64,000 nucleotides of DNA from Escherichia coli (GTDB lineage: Bacteria > Pseudomonadota > Gammaproteobacteria > Enterobacterales > Enterobacteriaceae): NCBI RefSeq assembly GCF_001677475.2, contig NZ_CP015229.1; one strand, 5' to 3'. Shown here one piece after another: positions 62,383 through 64,000 of this stretch (positions are counted from its first letter, which is position 1; every line of letters begins with the position of its first letter). The notes below the pieces were generated by a model. It saw only the letters and a program-made list of their open reading frames with translations, did not search any database and was not told the origin of the DNA. Both the position numbers and the translations under genes were made by a program.

Positions 62383-63318
62383 ATGGCCGCCGTTAACTTA
62401 CGTCATATTGAAATTTTTCATGCGGTAATGACCGCCGGAAGCCTGACTGAGGCGGCACACCTGCTACACACCTCACAGCCAACTGTCAGCCGCGAACTGG
62501 CGCGCTTTGAGAAGGTGATCGGGCTGAAATTGTTTGAGCGCGTACGTGGACGATTGCATCCTACCGTGCAAGGACTGCGTCTGTTTGAAGAAGTGCAACG
62601 ATCCTGGTACGGACTGGATCGCATTGTCAGCGCCGCAGAAAGTCTGCGCGAGTTTCGCCAGGGAGAACTGTCTATTGCCTGCCTGCCGGTCTTTTCGCAA
62701 TCTTTTTTACCGCAGCTCCTGCAACCCTTTCTGGCACGTTATCCCGATGTCAGCTTAAATATCGTGCCCCAGGAATCACCGCTACTTGAAGAGTGGCTCT
62801 CGGCCCAGCGTCATGATTTAGGACTCACTGAGACACTCCATACGCCTGCGGGAACAGAACGTACCGAATTACTCTCTTTAGATGAAGTGTGTGTGTTACC
62901 TCCGGGCCATCCGCTGGCGGTAAAAAAGGTATTAACGCCGGATGATTTTCACGGTGAAAACTACATCAGCCTTTCCCGTACTGACAGCTATCGCCAGTTG
63001 CTGGATCAATTGTTTACTGAGAATCAGGTTAAACGACGCATGATCGTAGAAACCCACAGCGCCGCGTCAGTCTGCGCAATGGTACGGGCGGGGGTAGGCG
63101 TTTCGGTAGTTAACCCACTCACCGCACTGGATTATGCGGCAAGCGGTTTAGTGGTGCGGCGGTTCAGCATTGCGGTTCCATTCACCGTCAGCCTGATCCG
63201 CCCCCTGCACCGCCCGTCATCAGCGCTGGTGCAGGCGTTTAGTGAGCATTTACAAGCGGGATTACCGAAACTGGTCACTTCTCTTGACGCTATTTTGTCG
63301 TCAGCTACGACAGCATAA
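62383..63318 (+). CDS. lysR: LysR-family transcriptional activator of lysA, 311 aa
   Basis: ORF 62383..63318; LysR HTH ([21 protein letters not shown]). Confidence 0.94.
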
Positions 63319-63997
63319 AAGCGACAGCATCCTCGGCATGGATCGCCGCGGTATCAAACACAGGCAGAACACTGCGCTCTTCTGGCACCAGTAAACCAAT
63401 TTCTGTGCAGCCAAAAATAACGCCCTGTGCGCCCTGTTCTGCAAGGCGAGCAATCACTTGCGCATAATAAGCGCGTGACGCTTCGGTAAATTGCCCCAGA
63501 CACAGTTCTTCAAAAATAATCTGATTAATTTTCGCCCGTTCATCCGCTTCAGGAATAAGACAGTTGATGGAAAATTGTTCCGTCAGCCGCCCGCGATAAA
63601 AATCCTGTTCCATGGTGTAACGTGTACCCAGCAGCGCCACACGAGTCATTCCTGCCCCGGTAATTGCACGTCCAGTGGCATCCGCTATGTGTAAGAAAGG
63701 CAGAGAGCAACGAGACTCAATGGCATCCGCCACTTTGTGCATCGTATTGGTACATAACACAATACCTTCTGCGCCCGCCCGCTGTAAGCCAAGCGCCGCC
63801 TCAGCCAGAATATCCCCGGTTTTGTCCCACTCACCGCGACGCTGGCACTCTTCTATTTCATGAAAATCGACGCTATGTAGCAGCACTTGCGCAGAGTGAA
63901 GCCCACCAAGCCGCTGTTTAATGCCTTCATTTATCAGACGATAGTAAGGAATAGTGGATTCCCAAGTCATTCCTCCCAGCAAACCAATTGTTTTCAT
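63305..63997 (-). CDS. ygeA: Asp/Glu/hydantoin-family amino-acid racemase, 230 aa
   Basis: ORF 63305..63997; N-terminus [19 protein letters not shown]; overlaps lysR 3' end by 14 nt. Confidence 0.88.
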
Positions 63998-64000
63998 TCC

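Overview
This window reads as a contiguous, syntenic stretch of Escherichia coli core chromosome (K-12-like, running from the 3' part of barA to ygeA), and I found no novel system in it. It holds about 52 protein-coding genes, most matching known E. coli proteins at the expected length, with no mobile element, CRISPR array, integrase, prophage remnant or defence island visible. Identified from the six-frame track and the raw sequence are: barA (3' part), gudPXD, yqcA, truC, yqcC, syd, queF, ppnN, sdaCB, xni, fucAO and fucPIKUR, rlmM, ygdD, gcvA, ygdI, csdAE, tcdA, mltA, amiC, argA, the recC-ptrA-recB-recD cluster, ppdAB-ygdB-ppdC, thyA, lgt, ptsP, rppH, mutH, ygdQ, ygdR, tas, lplT, aas, galR, lysA, lysR and ygeA. 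Non-coding content recognised directly in the sequence: the sRNAs csrB, gcvB, omrA and omrB, three tandem initiator tRNA-fMet genes, several REP/BIME palindromic units, and a DnaA-box cluster between rppH and mutH consistent with DARS2. The points most worth a second look are the orphan pseudopilin operon next to recC, the DnaA-box cluster, an 18-bp perfect direct repeat flanking a BIME between tcdA and mltA, and fucU, which ends 3 codons short of the 140 aa I recall for it at a poly-A tract. All identifications rest on recall of E. coli sequences and motif reading, not on a database search; coordinates of non-coding features are approximate to a few bases.
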